A DNA stretch of 62,747 bases, the filler included, from Choristocarpus tenellus KU-1152 (lineage: Eukaryota > Protista > Phaeophyceae), in the NCBI GenBank assembly GCA_964200185.2. It is 13 parts of 13 records of this genome, joined end to end, with 100 filler letters (N's around TTAATTAATTAA, not from the genome) between each part and the next. Parts side by side here need not be neighbours in the genome. Positions count along the whole stretch, not along the records: positions 48,714 to 53,196 come from CAXNAD020014348.1; positions 53,297 to 58,324 come from CAXNAD020012116.1; positions 58,425 to 62,747 come from CAXNAD020015116.1; 10 more parts are not named here. One strand, written 5' to 3'. The notes below the pieces were generated by a model. That model did not search any database. It was not told the origin of the DNA and saw only the letters and a program-made list of their open reading frames with translations. Below, in pieces: positions 52,249-62,747 of this stretch. Made by a program: the position numbers and the translations under genes. How positions within the stretch are numbered: the stretch's first letter is position 1; every line of letters starts with the position of its first letter.

Positions 52249-52315
52249 TCCCTTCCGTAGATACCACACAGACCTCTTACTTATCCATCCCCATCACACC
52301 CTCCCAATCTTTGCC

Positions 52316-52754
52316 ATGTCCAACATTCCCTCAACGACAACCCACCCACCTGCTGATGAAAATGCCCACGAATCTAGAACGCGGGACTTACCTCTGAAGG
52401 GCATGTCCCAGCTCCTAGAGCAGCACTACCTTGGCTCATATAAGATGAAACTCACAAACGTCACATGCACAGATATGGTGCATCCTTTAAGCGAGCGTGG
52501 CTTTGCGCGCGTGAGGAAGTCTATAAAGGAGAAAGGCTGACTGGATCAGTTTTCTCCAAGTGTTGTCATCCAGCGAGAAAGTTTAGGTAATGTGGATCAA
52601 CTAAACGCCGAAACTGCGCTTGCCATTGAAGCGCGTGTATTGGACAGAAACCATAGAGTAACGGTGCTGAAGAGAGTGCTTGATCTCGAGCGCGCTTTCA
52701 CCATGCGGATCTACATGGAGTTCAACCAAGCAGAAGAGAGGCTAATTGCCAACG
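52316..52754 (+). pseudogene. ParB/sulfiredoxin-fold-like first exon with an in-frame stop
   Basis: VHPLSERGFARVRKSIKEKG*LDQFSPSVVI...ARVLDRNHRVTVLK matches the ParB N-terminal pattern (S-I-x-x-x-G...P...DGxHR). TGA at 52538-52540. Confidence 0.6.
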
Positions 52755-53155
52755 GTGGGTGATGGAGTGTTTTCGTTGTTCCATAATCGCCTGACCGTTC
52801 TGATCAACTAAGCACCGAAGTAAGTTGAGTGTTTTCGTTGTTCCGTGATCGCCTGATGACTATTCTGATATACGAAGTTGTTGTCGATTTTCCCTTGCTA
52901 TGTTCATTTTCAGTCAGCCCATTGTGGATCTTCTCGTTGCTCATCTTTTTTATCCCTCATGGTATTCTGTCTGTCCATAGCAACATGTTTCTCGGTGCCA
53001 CAGGCCGCGTGTGTCCCGCAATCGCTCCCGACCTAACCCCTGTCCCATCATAATGTCCTACTTCTCCGCACGAACATAAAACAAACGTGCTGCAGTACAC
53101 CACAACATCTTTAACCAACGCCGGAATAACCCATACATACGTGACAAGACCTTAT

Positions 53156-53196
53156 GAGCCAAAGTATCTTAGAGGGTAGAGCCGCGTCCATTTGAG
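53156..53196 (+). mobile_element. Family-A MITE start at the contig end
   Basis: GAGCCAAAGTATCTTAGAGGGTAGAGCCGCG. Confidence 0.85.
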
Positions 53197-53444
53197 NNNN
53201 NNNNNNNNNNNNNNNNNNNNNNNNNNNNNNNNNNNNNNNNTTAATTAATTAANNNNNNNNNNNNNNNNNNNNNNNNNNNNNNNNNNNNNNNNNNNNCTTC
53301 CCCCCCCCCCCCCCCCCCTCCCCTGCTTCACTACCCAGAACTGACCCCACATGCTCAGTTCTTTTCGTTATCTCCGTTCCATGACCAGTACTTCTGGCAC
53401 ACAAGTGCTAGTAATGCACATACAACACTACAACAAGCCCGTAC

Positions 53445-56400
53445 CTGGCTGACAATGGCAATCTTATTTGGTGGAGGGTTGAGGCTGTCTTTGTCATCCT
53501 CCAGAGTTTTTAATTGTACCGACCGGATTAGACGGTATCCCATGATGATCGTGTCCTCCTCCAGCCTCAGCTGGGTCACCTGAAAAAGAACAAAAAATAA
53601 TAACGTAATTTTTTTCTTTAAAAAAGATCAAGAAAAAAAACATAGTGCATTAAAGAAAAAAAAAAGTATCGCAATCGCACGTTTGATTTCCTCTGACACG
53701 CAAGTTGCCGTACCATTACAAGCACTACACAAATGGTTAAATCACAAGTTGTATACAGGAAGTAACTATACAAATGGTTAAATCAGCAGTATAGCAGTGT
53801 CACTGATAAAACAAACAGATAGCCTCATCATGAATTCAACATATACCATCAGAGATACACCATTTGACCATGTTGAACATTTACTCTTTCGTCTGGAGCA
53901 ATCTCTAATTTATCGTAAAAAGTGACAGGTCTGCAACAGATTTAACTATTTTTAACATTCCCACTTGCATACATGCAAAAAAAAATACTCTATATTTAGT
54001 ATGCGATATTCTTTGAATTAAAAGTGCAGTAGAGATGGACCGGGTCGGTAGCTCCTTAGCTCCTATAGACGATCTGTCACAACCCAACTCCTACAGCATG
54101 CAATCAAATTCAAAATAGTATTAAGATCTAACATTTTTACTTTTGATATTCACTCCGTTTCCTGCCTGAATAACTGCTCCCCAACATTTTTCAACACTTA
54201 TCACACTGTTTTCCAGAAACAAAAATAAAATAAACAAATACAATAAAATACATCTATATATACATACATACACACAAGCATACATACATGTATACATATG
54301 TATGTATGTGTGCGAATGAGACATTATTGTGGTCAATGTAGGCAAGGGCAGGCATCCAAACCCATCAAACAAGCAGAAAAAATATTTCACAATACAAGAC
54401 AAGCAGAGGGGTAGTATGTACTAATGTAGTATGTAATAATGGATTGACAAAAAGCAATCAACATGTAGCAAGAGCAAGAGCCAGAGTAAGCCGTGTGAAA
54501 AAGGCCTATGTAATCGATTGAACCACACAGAGACAACTTCAGTTGTGAGCAAGTCTGTACAAATGAAAAAAAAAGATACATATATATATTTGGTTGCTTT
54601 TCTGAAAAGCCGTTAAGTAGATCAGTGGCATGTTGAGTTGTGTGAAAGGACAGAATAATCACAAACCATAAAAAGAAAAAAAATATATTCATTCGAGCAG
54701 GACAATGGGATTGGACCGGTCAGGTGCCAAGATGAGGTAGGAAGGAGGCAATCACTTCAGTCAGTACGCGAGGATCAACAACAGAAATACAGCACAAAAA
54801 CATCATTCGAACATGAGTCAGGGATAAAAACAATAAAAAGGGTTGATTGCTCCAGGAGGCGTTTCGTGGCGTATGGGAATGGGGGGGGGGGGGGGGTAAG
54901 GCTGTTGGAGAGTCACTTACTAAAGGATGTACAGCCCAAAATCATACACTGAAAATAAATTACAGTCCATGTCCATCATTAAATCATCGCCTTCCAAGAC
55001 ACGCAACAGCATCACAAGAGCCAAACTCCAAACTATCCACGGACGGACGTACCCCCCCTCTCCCACCAAACCTCCCACCAAACCTAACCCATCAGGCTTC
55101 AATCTCAGGCTAACCCCAAACCTAACCCATCAACTTGATACTGCTAACATTAACAATACCAACATATCTTCATTCCCCTGCATAACCCATCCTACCTACC
55201 CCTTCAAACTAGTTCAAAATTTTTCTGATGAAAGGTTTGTTTAAATTGGATAAAAAACTGACCAAGAATGACAAAAACATATATTTGGCGATGACCTTCA
55301 CCAGCCCCCATGGCACCCACCCTCTGCTCCATGACTTCCTGGCGCTCCTCCAGCAGTCGCATCAGTAAGTACATCTTAGGGATGGTATTAACCATGATGT
55401 CAAGAATCACCCAAGCCATCCTGATTATGTCGAGTGTTGTTAAGGGGAATAGAGCCGGTTTGGGGAAACAAAACGGCAAGTAGGCACATATACACAAAAT
55501 AAATATGTATAGAAAAGTTGGAATAAACAAGTCATCTCTACGATGTAGTATTAATTATTTACATATATATGTGTGTGTGTATTTATGATGCAGTATTAAA
55601 AAAATGGTAGGAAGGATAGGCAAGGACACAAGAAATAGGTAGACCTACATTAAAAGTCAACGCTCTTTACCTGGGTAACAGTACCAAATTATGATACCAA
55701 AGGTACAGATGTAGACATAGGGGGGAAATATAGTGAGACTCTGGAACGTGTGGAAAGAATCAAGGTCTTCATAGGAAAATAAATTGTATGCTCAAGTACA
55801 ACCTATCTCTAAATTGAGAAGGGTAAGCTCAGATTGGACAATATTTGTTGTGACATATCCTGGACAGTATGCATGAGGATAAGTACAATTTATAATTATT
55901 ATTATTTTTTACAAAAGGTGTCCACACAAAAAAAAGTAGTTATGAAAACAAAATACTCAAAACACAAACACACACACACACACACACACAAAGGGGTTTT
56001 TTTATTGGGGCAAAAACATTTCAACAATGAAGTGCATGTAACAAAAAATAATAACCGTGTCTATACCACACAAAAAAATATATAGACAACAATTTACTAA
56101 CCCCTGTACCTACTACTGCCTTCCTATACAGCTACAAATATGCAGATGCCATGACTAATACTCCTGCGATCATTGGTCAAAGTATTTTTGACCTACACAC
56201 AGGAGAAGAAAAAGGATAAGCAACAGAGTAGGATGAAAAAATGTTTCTCACCTCATCACAAAAAGCTATAGCATCCAGCACATGTGGGCAATTTCATGCA
56301 CTGAAATGAAAGATGCAGCCAAAAAAGATAGTAGGTTGGTTATAGTCCAAACTACAGGACTGACTCTGAGAGGGATAAGAGAAGCAGACAATACCTCAGT

Positions 56401-56867
56401 TGACACACCAAAAACAAATCCACCACTCACCAATAGAAATGCATAGCATATCCGTACTACCATTGGGAAACTCAGGGGGTCGGGAAGTTAATACATACAT
56501 CTAGAACTTGCAGTCCACAGTTACCCACAATAGCAAAATATCTTGTATTCTTAAGAAGGTTAGGGTTAGGGTTAGGGCAAGTGAGAATGCATGACAGAGC
56601 TTCATCAGTCCGTTTCTATCAACACACTCACGTGTAGAACACAGCTGTCACAAACCCAGCCTCCACAAAAGATAGTACACTAGACTGAATGGATCCCGTA
56701 GTGAATATGCCAACAATTGTGGAGATTATGACTACCACATCAAATATAACAGGTACACACAAGTCCACAATACGGTGTGTGATAGGGTCAATGGGCCATG
56801 GTCCCACGTACTCCCTACGATGGAGGGGGGTCTTAATTATCTTGGGCAGGCGGAGGTCCTCTTCCTC
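53445..56867 (-). CDS. Multi-exon membrane protein of unknown function, partial. Exons approx. 56867-56632, 56470-56431, 56192-56130, 55740-55685, 55420-55321, 53579-53445
   Basis: AG/GT-bounded, phase-compatible exons give several hydrophobic helices followed by a charged helical segment (LLEERQEVMEQR|VTQLRLEED). Some donor positions are ambiguous. Confidence 0.6.
56560..56577 (+). repeat. (TTAGGG)3 interstitial telomere-like tract; an opposite-strand tract is at 58146-58161
   Basis: Read directly from the sequence. Confidence 0.7.
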
Positions 56868-57312
56868 CTAACCAGGCATATATAACGACAACACAGAAAG
56901 GAGGGTAGAAAATTACTTCACAAGTATTTCAGAGAAGCAGTCAAAGGCATGCACACAAGACAAAAACGGACAACCAGTAGCAACTGAGAAAATAATTAAT
57001 AATAAACAAAATGAGGCTGTGGAAGGTCAACATGAGGTGACACATGATGAGGCAGGACTTCTAACTTCCAAGACTATAAAACAAAAAGTCTTCTAACTTC
57101 CAAAATATGAAGAGTAACACGTGCCTGTGTTTATAGGTGAGATCTGGCAGTGAATTGAAGAATAATGTACATCACAGGAGTTTTATTCCCTTGAAGAGCC
57201 CCCCCCCCTCCCCAATAGATACTACACAGACGAGACATGCACAAATATATACATATATATGACGCACATCTCAAGGAAAACATCAGTCTACAGCACTACC
57301 CGTTACAGTACA

Positions 57313-57371
57313 CAAATCAAATCAATTCAAATCAAATCAAATCAAATCAAATCAAATCAAATCAAATCAAA
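57313..57371 (+). repeat. (CAAAT)n microsatellite
   Basis: About 11 units with one mismatch. Confidence 0.95.
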
Positions 57372-59454
57372 GTAACCACCACATGATGACAAACCACATC
57401 TCCCTACTTCCATCAATTATATATCATCAACACACACTCTCTAATATTTCTAGACAACGTGAGACACAGTGCTGTGTCTCACGTTGTCTAGAGCACAAAC
57501 CAACAATCAATCACCTCGGGCGCAAACCCAACAACCCCCATAAATATCTCCTCCTTCTGGAGGAATTTGCCTTCTCTTGCCCCTTGGCAGACAGTCATCT
57601 GCAACCCTAACACTATTATCACAATCATAATCATAATAAAAAACATTTCCAGTTTCATACTCATCTGCATAGGGTACCAGAACTAGCCCACTTCAGCTGA
57701 GGAGATTGCTATCCCCCATGAGAGGGCAACTTTGTCACATACAAGTCCTGTTTATGAATTGTGAACATGCACTTGTACCTGTTCACCTACCAGTAATCAT
57801 CGCTTCTCGCAAGTGAAATGGACACTCCATTTCACTGTTACCAGAAGATACAAACACATGGGTTCCAGTCTCGGATTCGCAAAGCACGCAACCTCCAATG
57901 CCGAAAAGGTATGGTTCACCCCCCATAACGACCATTTAATACGGAAATACTTAGTCGATGATACGTATCAAACAATAGCCACATGAAACGGACACTTTCC
58001 TCCCCTAGCCTTGTCAGACTCTTGAATGCGGGATCTCACTGTGAAAACAATAAAATATTTGTACCAGAAAAGTTGATACAATAAGAACAAGCCCCTAAAT
58101 ATGCTTCCATAAACGACCCACATACAGAACATAGATTTTAATTTTCTAACCCTAACCCTAAAAAAGCGAAGGAGAAAGGCATTGTGATCTGAATCGGTTC
58201 TTGACTGTCAAGAATATCATACTGTCACACCATACTGTCACAACATTCTTCTCATGTTCGTACTACATTCCATACTATTCAAAGCCAAAAACAAAAAGGA
58301 ATGGAAGTCTAGAGGCAGGGGGGGNNNNNNNNNNNNNNNNNNNNNNNNNNNNNNNNNNNNNNNNNNNNTTAATTAATTAANNNNNNNNNNNNNNNNNNNN
58401 NNNNNNNNNNNNNNNNNNNNNNNNTAGCGTGACTCAGGAAGAAAGGCACTTTTCGCGAGAAATGTTTTCGCGCGCGCCAAACTCGCATGAATATCTCTGG
58501 GATTTTGTGCCAAATCGCCCAAATACGAGAAATCCGGTACAAAAGCCTATTTTTATTAGTATGTCGAAAAAAGCGGTATAAAATTGGTTTGGTACATAAT
58601 ATTTGGTATAAAATCGCTGTAGGTACTGTAATAGAATGCGCATGTGTATCCAGTGGAATAAAAACGTTTGACACAAAAACCACGTTCGTATAACGGCAAT
58701 GCAGTCATTATGTATACATTATGCAAGTAAACACATTTACTAATAAATGATTATGTTTATATATGATAGGAAGTATAAAGTAGAAGAAAGAGGAGAGATT
58801 CCACTAGAAGGAGGATTTTGTGTACATTGTACTCCCAAAATAGAGGGTGTATGACAACGTTTTGCCGACTTCCGTGACCTCTAGGGGGATGTGTCAGTAG
58901 TTTTGAAGAAAACAAAATCGAAACATATTGAGGTCTTTTAGACGTCGTGATAAAAAGATTCACATTTTCAAGTTTTTTGTTACTTTCAATCCTTCACTAT
59001 CCTCAAACACACATCTTGCTACTATCTATACATATATACAACTAGTACGGTTATTTCGTTGTCTATATTCATTATATATTTTTTTGACATAAAAAATTGA
59101 ATGGTGTTTCGCCTGATCCTGTCCTTGTAAGAAGGTGTCAAGGTGGATACCAATCTTTTTGAGAGAAGAAGAGGGGGGAGGAACGTGTTTATGTGGGGGT
59201 AAGTGTGGCACAATGGTCTCATACATACAGTATTGTTCCACGGTTCTTCAAAACCCGTGTATTATTTAGAAATGCACAGAGACAAAACAATTGGAAATCT
59301 CACACAACGACCAGCAAGGTAGCATAACACTCGACACGCAACAGCTTTCCGACACATAGTTGTATCTGTTTGACAAGTTTGCGTAATATATGCACACAAT
59401 ATCATCGTGGAAATAGGATGTAGCTATGTCACATTTTTGACCTCCCATCACTAG

Positions 59455-61884
59455 TGTTACGGGCGATATGTCTTGATGGCGGTTTCACAAGCGCCATTAT
59501 GACCTTGAAGTCCTAGATTTGATATATTTGTACTTCTTGACTATTTATTTATTATTTAGTCATTATGGTCCGCAATTGTGATAAGACACCGTTGACCAGT
59601 TCCTTTTTATACGATGATGTTGATGATAATCCAAGCGAGAGATCCATCATACTTGACTTGTGCATCAGTACCATCTATAGGTCTTTAGATTGGAGCTATA
59701 CATCCTGTGGAGGTGAGTACGGGAGCATGCTGTAACATAGAGGTCCTATGGCCTCTCTTCAAACTGGAGAGAGTACTCAGTATTCACCTCAGCACTTAAG
59801 ATTCTTGGGTAGCTCCCTAAGATAGCCTGGATATTTTTTACTCGGTTTCGGCGGTCTCCTTGGATGGTTCTGGACCACCTTCGTTGTCTACGGGACTTCC
59901 CTCTGCTTGGTTTCATCGTCTCCATGGGAGGGTGGTCTTGGAACGTTGGCCCCACCTCCTAACTTGGAGGAAGGGCCTGGCGTGGTGGCATCTGTTGCTC
60001 CAAGGGAAACATCATAAACCTATAGTCGTAAACGAGTGGTTTCTGACCACCATGGTATAGGCGTTGCCTAGGTAGGTATTCTCCGCCATTCGTACACTCA
60101 TATTCCCGATCTGTTTTTCGTGTGCCACACTGTTCGTTTATTTCACAGGTTCCGCTGGGTATCAGCGATTCAAAGAGGTTCCAACCCAGGTCAGACTTTG
60201 CGAGAATTCCTTCAGCAGTTGTGACGGCTCAACTTGCTTATGCATCGCGTCCACGCATCAATAACTTAACCCTTCTCCACAATCTCAAAAGAAACGAGGA
60301 GGTATGTCGATCATTGCTGGAATCCACGGGTTTATTTGGAACTGGAGTCTCTATTTCGGAAACAACTGGTAGAGTTGGAACAGAGTCGGAACTGGAGTCC
60401 CTATATCGCCATGTGGCAATTATTACATGCTGCTGCAACACGATTCGAGGTGATGGATGATATTTATTGTCCTAACCTGTGATAATCGCCTGTGGTAAGT
60501 GTGAAACATGCATTCCTAGTTCACGCTGTAGGGCATATTGCAGGCGAATAGCATGTCTGCCTTTTCGCATTCTAATCAGTGTGAGTTGTTTTGATATTTA
60601 ATATTTCATGTGTTTTTTAGACGTTTTTGTTTGTGTTTATAGTTCTGAAGGGGGAAGCGTTTATGGAAGTACCCTATTTCAGTGCTATTGTGATTCTGCA
60701 TCTATATTAATTTGAGTTGATATTTGTGAGGGGGGAGAGTCTTACTATGACACTCCCTATTTTTCTGAGTCTTTTTTTGTTTGTCTGTTCTTAGTTCGTA
60801 GGTAGGGCAAGCCTTTATATGGCAGCACCTTCTTTTTGTTTGTTACTGTGAGACATTATCTTGGTATCCTATAGTTTGTGTTTATAGTTGTGGAGGGGGA
60901 CAGTCTACGGCAGTACCCTATTTCAGTGCTATTGTAATTTTGTGCCTGTATTCACTTTTGTTCATAGTTGTGAAGAGGGAGAGACTTGCTGAGGTACTCC
61001 CTATTTTATTTTATTTTATTGTAGGATGTTTGTATTTTTTTGTATGTATGTTCATAGTTCCTAGGAAGGTTAAGCCTTTCAATGACAGCACCCAAGCTCT
61101 TTTGTGACTGTAAGTCATGGTCTTAGTCTCCTATCGTTGCTGTGTTTTAGTTCTGAAGGGGGAGAGTCTATGGCAATACCCAGATTCATTGCTACTAAGG
61201 TTTTGTGCCTGAATTTGTGTTTGTTCAGCTTAGAAAGGGTGGGAGTCTTTTTAGACAGTACCCTACTCTTGACGTGTGTATGAAACTCTGGTGTAGGAGT
61301 TTTTCTTTTGAACGTTGAGTCAAATGCAGACTGAGTGCCGTGAGGTGCGAGTGTCACGCAAAATATCTGTCATCATGGCAAACGTTGGAAAGGGGTTTTC
61401 CCTCCAGGTTTCCTCCTCCGCTAGATCCCCATTGCTGCCTATGGATATGTTAGGACCTAGAAGTGAGATTCATTTCATTTATGCTGCGTTCATGATAGGA
61501 TCAGGAGTGACATTACATTTCCTTGTCTAATCGCCTGTTTATCGCATTGAAGCAGTTATGCTTCATGCTAGGGGGAGCATGTTACAGGCGATATGTCTTG
61601 ATGGCGGTTTCATAAACACCATTATGACCTTGAAGTCCTAGATTTGATATATTTGTACTTCAGGACTATTTATTTATTATTTGGTCATTACGATCTCCAA
61701 TTGTGATAAGACACCGTTGGGCAGTTCCTTTTTATACGATGATATTGATGATAATCCAAGTGAGAGATCCAGCATACTTGGCGACTTGTGCATCAGGAGT
61801 CCTATACGTGCATCAGTATATCTATAGGCCTGTAGATTGGAGCTATACATCCTCTAGAGATGGGTTCTGGAGCACGCTGTAACA
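59455..61884 (+). mobile_element. Complete 2.43-kb non-autonomous LTR retroelement (TRIM/LARD-like)
   Basis: LTRs at 59455-59737 and 61580-61884 (TGTTAC...GTAACA), CTAG on both flanks, degenerate PBS TAGAGGTCC, PPT AGGGGGAG, and no recognisable gag/pol. Confidence 0.9.
60630..61270 (+). repeat. Array of 8 degenerate ~70-95-bp units, each with a polypurine core
   Basis: Consensus approx. TGTGTTYATAGTTCTGAAGGGGGAGAGTCT..ATGRCAGTACCCTATTT, with cores near 60650, 60731, 60802, 60895, 60975, 61065, 61158 and 61237. Confidence 0.85.
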
Positions 61885-62289
61885 CTAGCGCAACGGGTGC
61901 ATTATACGGCATGAAAAATAATATCAAAGTGTTATGTGTGTGTGAGTGTGTGTGTCTGCACAGGTTATTAACAGTGGGGACCACGAGGGGTAGACACGCC
62001 GCACTGTACACATGGGAAAAGCGGCAAGATGAATGCGGTAGAGTCACACACCCTGTGAAAAGAGATGTACGTGTGACGAGGAAATATTGGATGGTATAGA
62101 GGTATTTACTTGTCTCAGGGAAGTGAGCACATATATGCATGGTTCACAACCCCTGTTGTGTGAGTTGCGGTAAAAAAAATATGTTCGTATGGAATCCATA
62201 TGTATATACATCCCTTACTAGAACATATATGAAGGTTTCAGAGGGGAGAGAGGGTGTTGGAGAATCTAAGGAACAGAACAAGCTGCATC

Positions 62290-62747
62290 TGTAACAGGCG
62301 ATATGTCTTGATGGCGTTTTCATAATCATCATTATGACCTTGAAGTCCTAGATTTGATATGTTTGTACTTCTTGACTATTTATTTATTATTTGGTCATTA
62401 TGGTCCCTGATTGTGATAAGACATATCGTTGATCAGTTCCTTTTTATACGACGATATTGATGATGATCCAAGCTAGAGATCCATCATACCTGACGACTTG
62501 TGCACCAGGAGCCAGCCCTGTACGTGCATCAGTATCATCTATAGACCTTTAGATTGGAGCTATATATCCTGTGGAGGTAAGCTTCTGGAGCGCGCTGTAA
62601 CAATACATCCTGTTGAGAGGTAAGATTGTGAAGCTTGCCGTAACATGGAGATCTTGACAGAGAGATCAATGACCTCAGCTACAACAGAATATATACATCG
62701 GTGCTTTGCAGCACAACCACGCCTATACATAACATAGACTACGCATA
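62290..62747 (+). mobile_element. Further LTR of the same family (62290-62602, duplicated 3' end to 62645), a PBS-like site and a different internal sequence
   Basis: TGTAACAGGCGATATG...GCTGTAACA, then TGGAGATCT. 62665-62747 matches 33885-33960. Confidence 0.8.

Noticed and set aside
52040-52315. N-terminal part of the 166-aa ORF
   Set aside because: It is chance read-through of MITE and flanking sequence.
52538-52540. TGA as selenocysteine or a recoded Trp
   Set aside because: A second motif-breaking change lies in the same exon and intact genes in the window use TGG for Trp. Pseudogenisation is simpler.
55080-58161. Telomere-like tracts as a chromosome end or fusion scar
   Set aside because: Only 2-3 units each, scattered in or near introns and in both orientations.
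60630-61270. CRISPR-like repeat-spacer array (also 31010-31560 and 40080-40640)
   Set aside because: The repeats are degenerate, the spacers resemble each other, no cas genes are present, and the array sits inside an LTR element.

Overview
This is eukaryotic, intron-rich DNA, probably from a stramenopile or brown alga (inferred from gene content and intron structure). It is not one locus: 13 contigs are joined by 12 identical 100-nt linkers (44 N + TTAATTAATTAA + 44 N). Genes I could splice together by hand are a class II glutamine-amidotransferase (Ntn-hydrolase) family gene (contig 1), a DOMON/cytochrome b561 gene, an organelle-targeted rsmI with a GC-AG first intron, a multi-pass membrane protein, and two low-complexity exon sets. 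The rest is mostly transposon-derived. There are three decayed plant-type mariner copies and a Copia 3' half with its LTR. Three related MITE families share GRNYC-AAAGTA termini. A ~2.4-kb non-coding LTR element has a tRNA-Gln-type primer site and an array of polypurine-tract repeats. A TIR element contains a CRE-type endonuclease fragment, and a decayed ParB-like exon is also present. The most unusual observation is a probable 1.26-kb LTR that carries a tRNA-Ile(GAT)-like gene. All family assignments come from motif recognition, not database searches.
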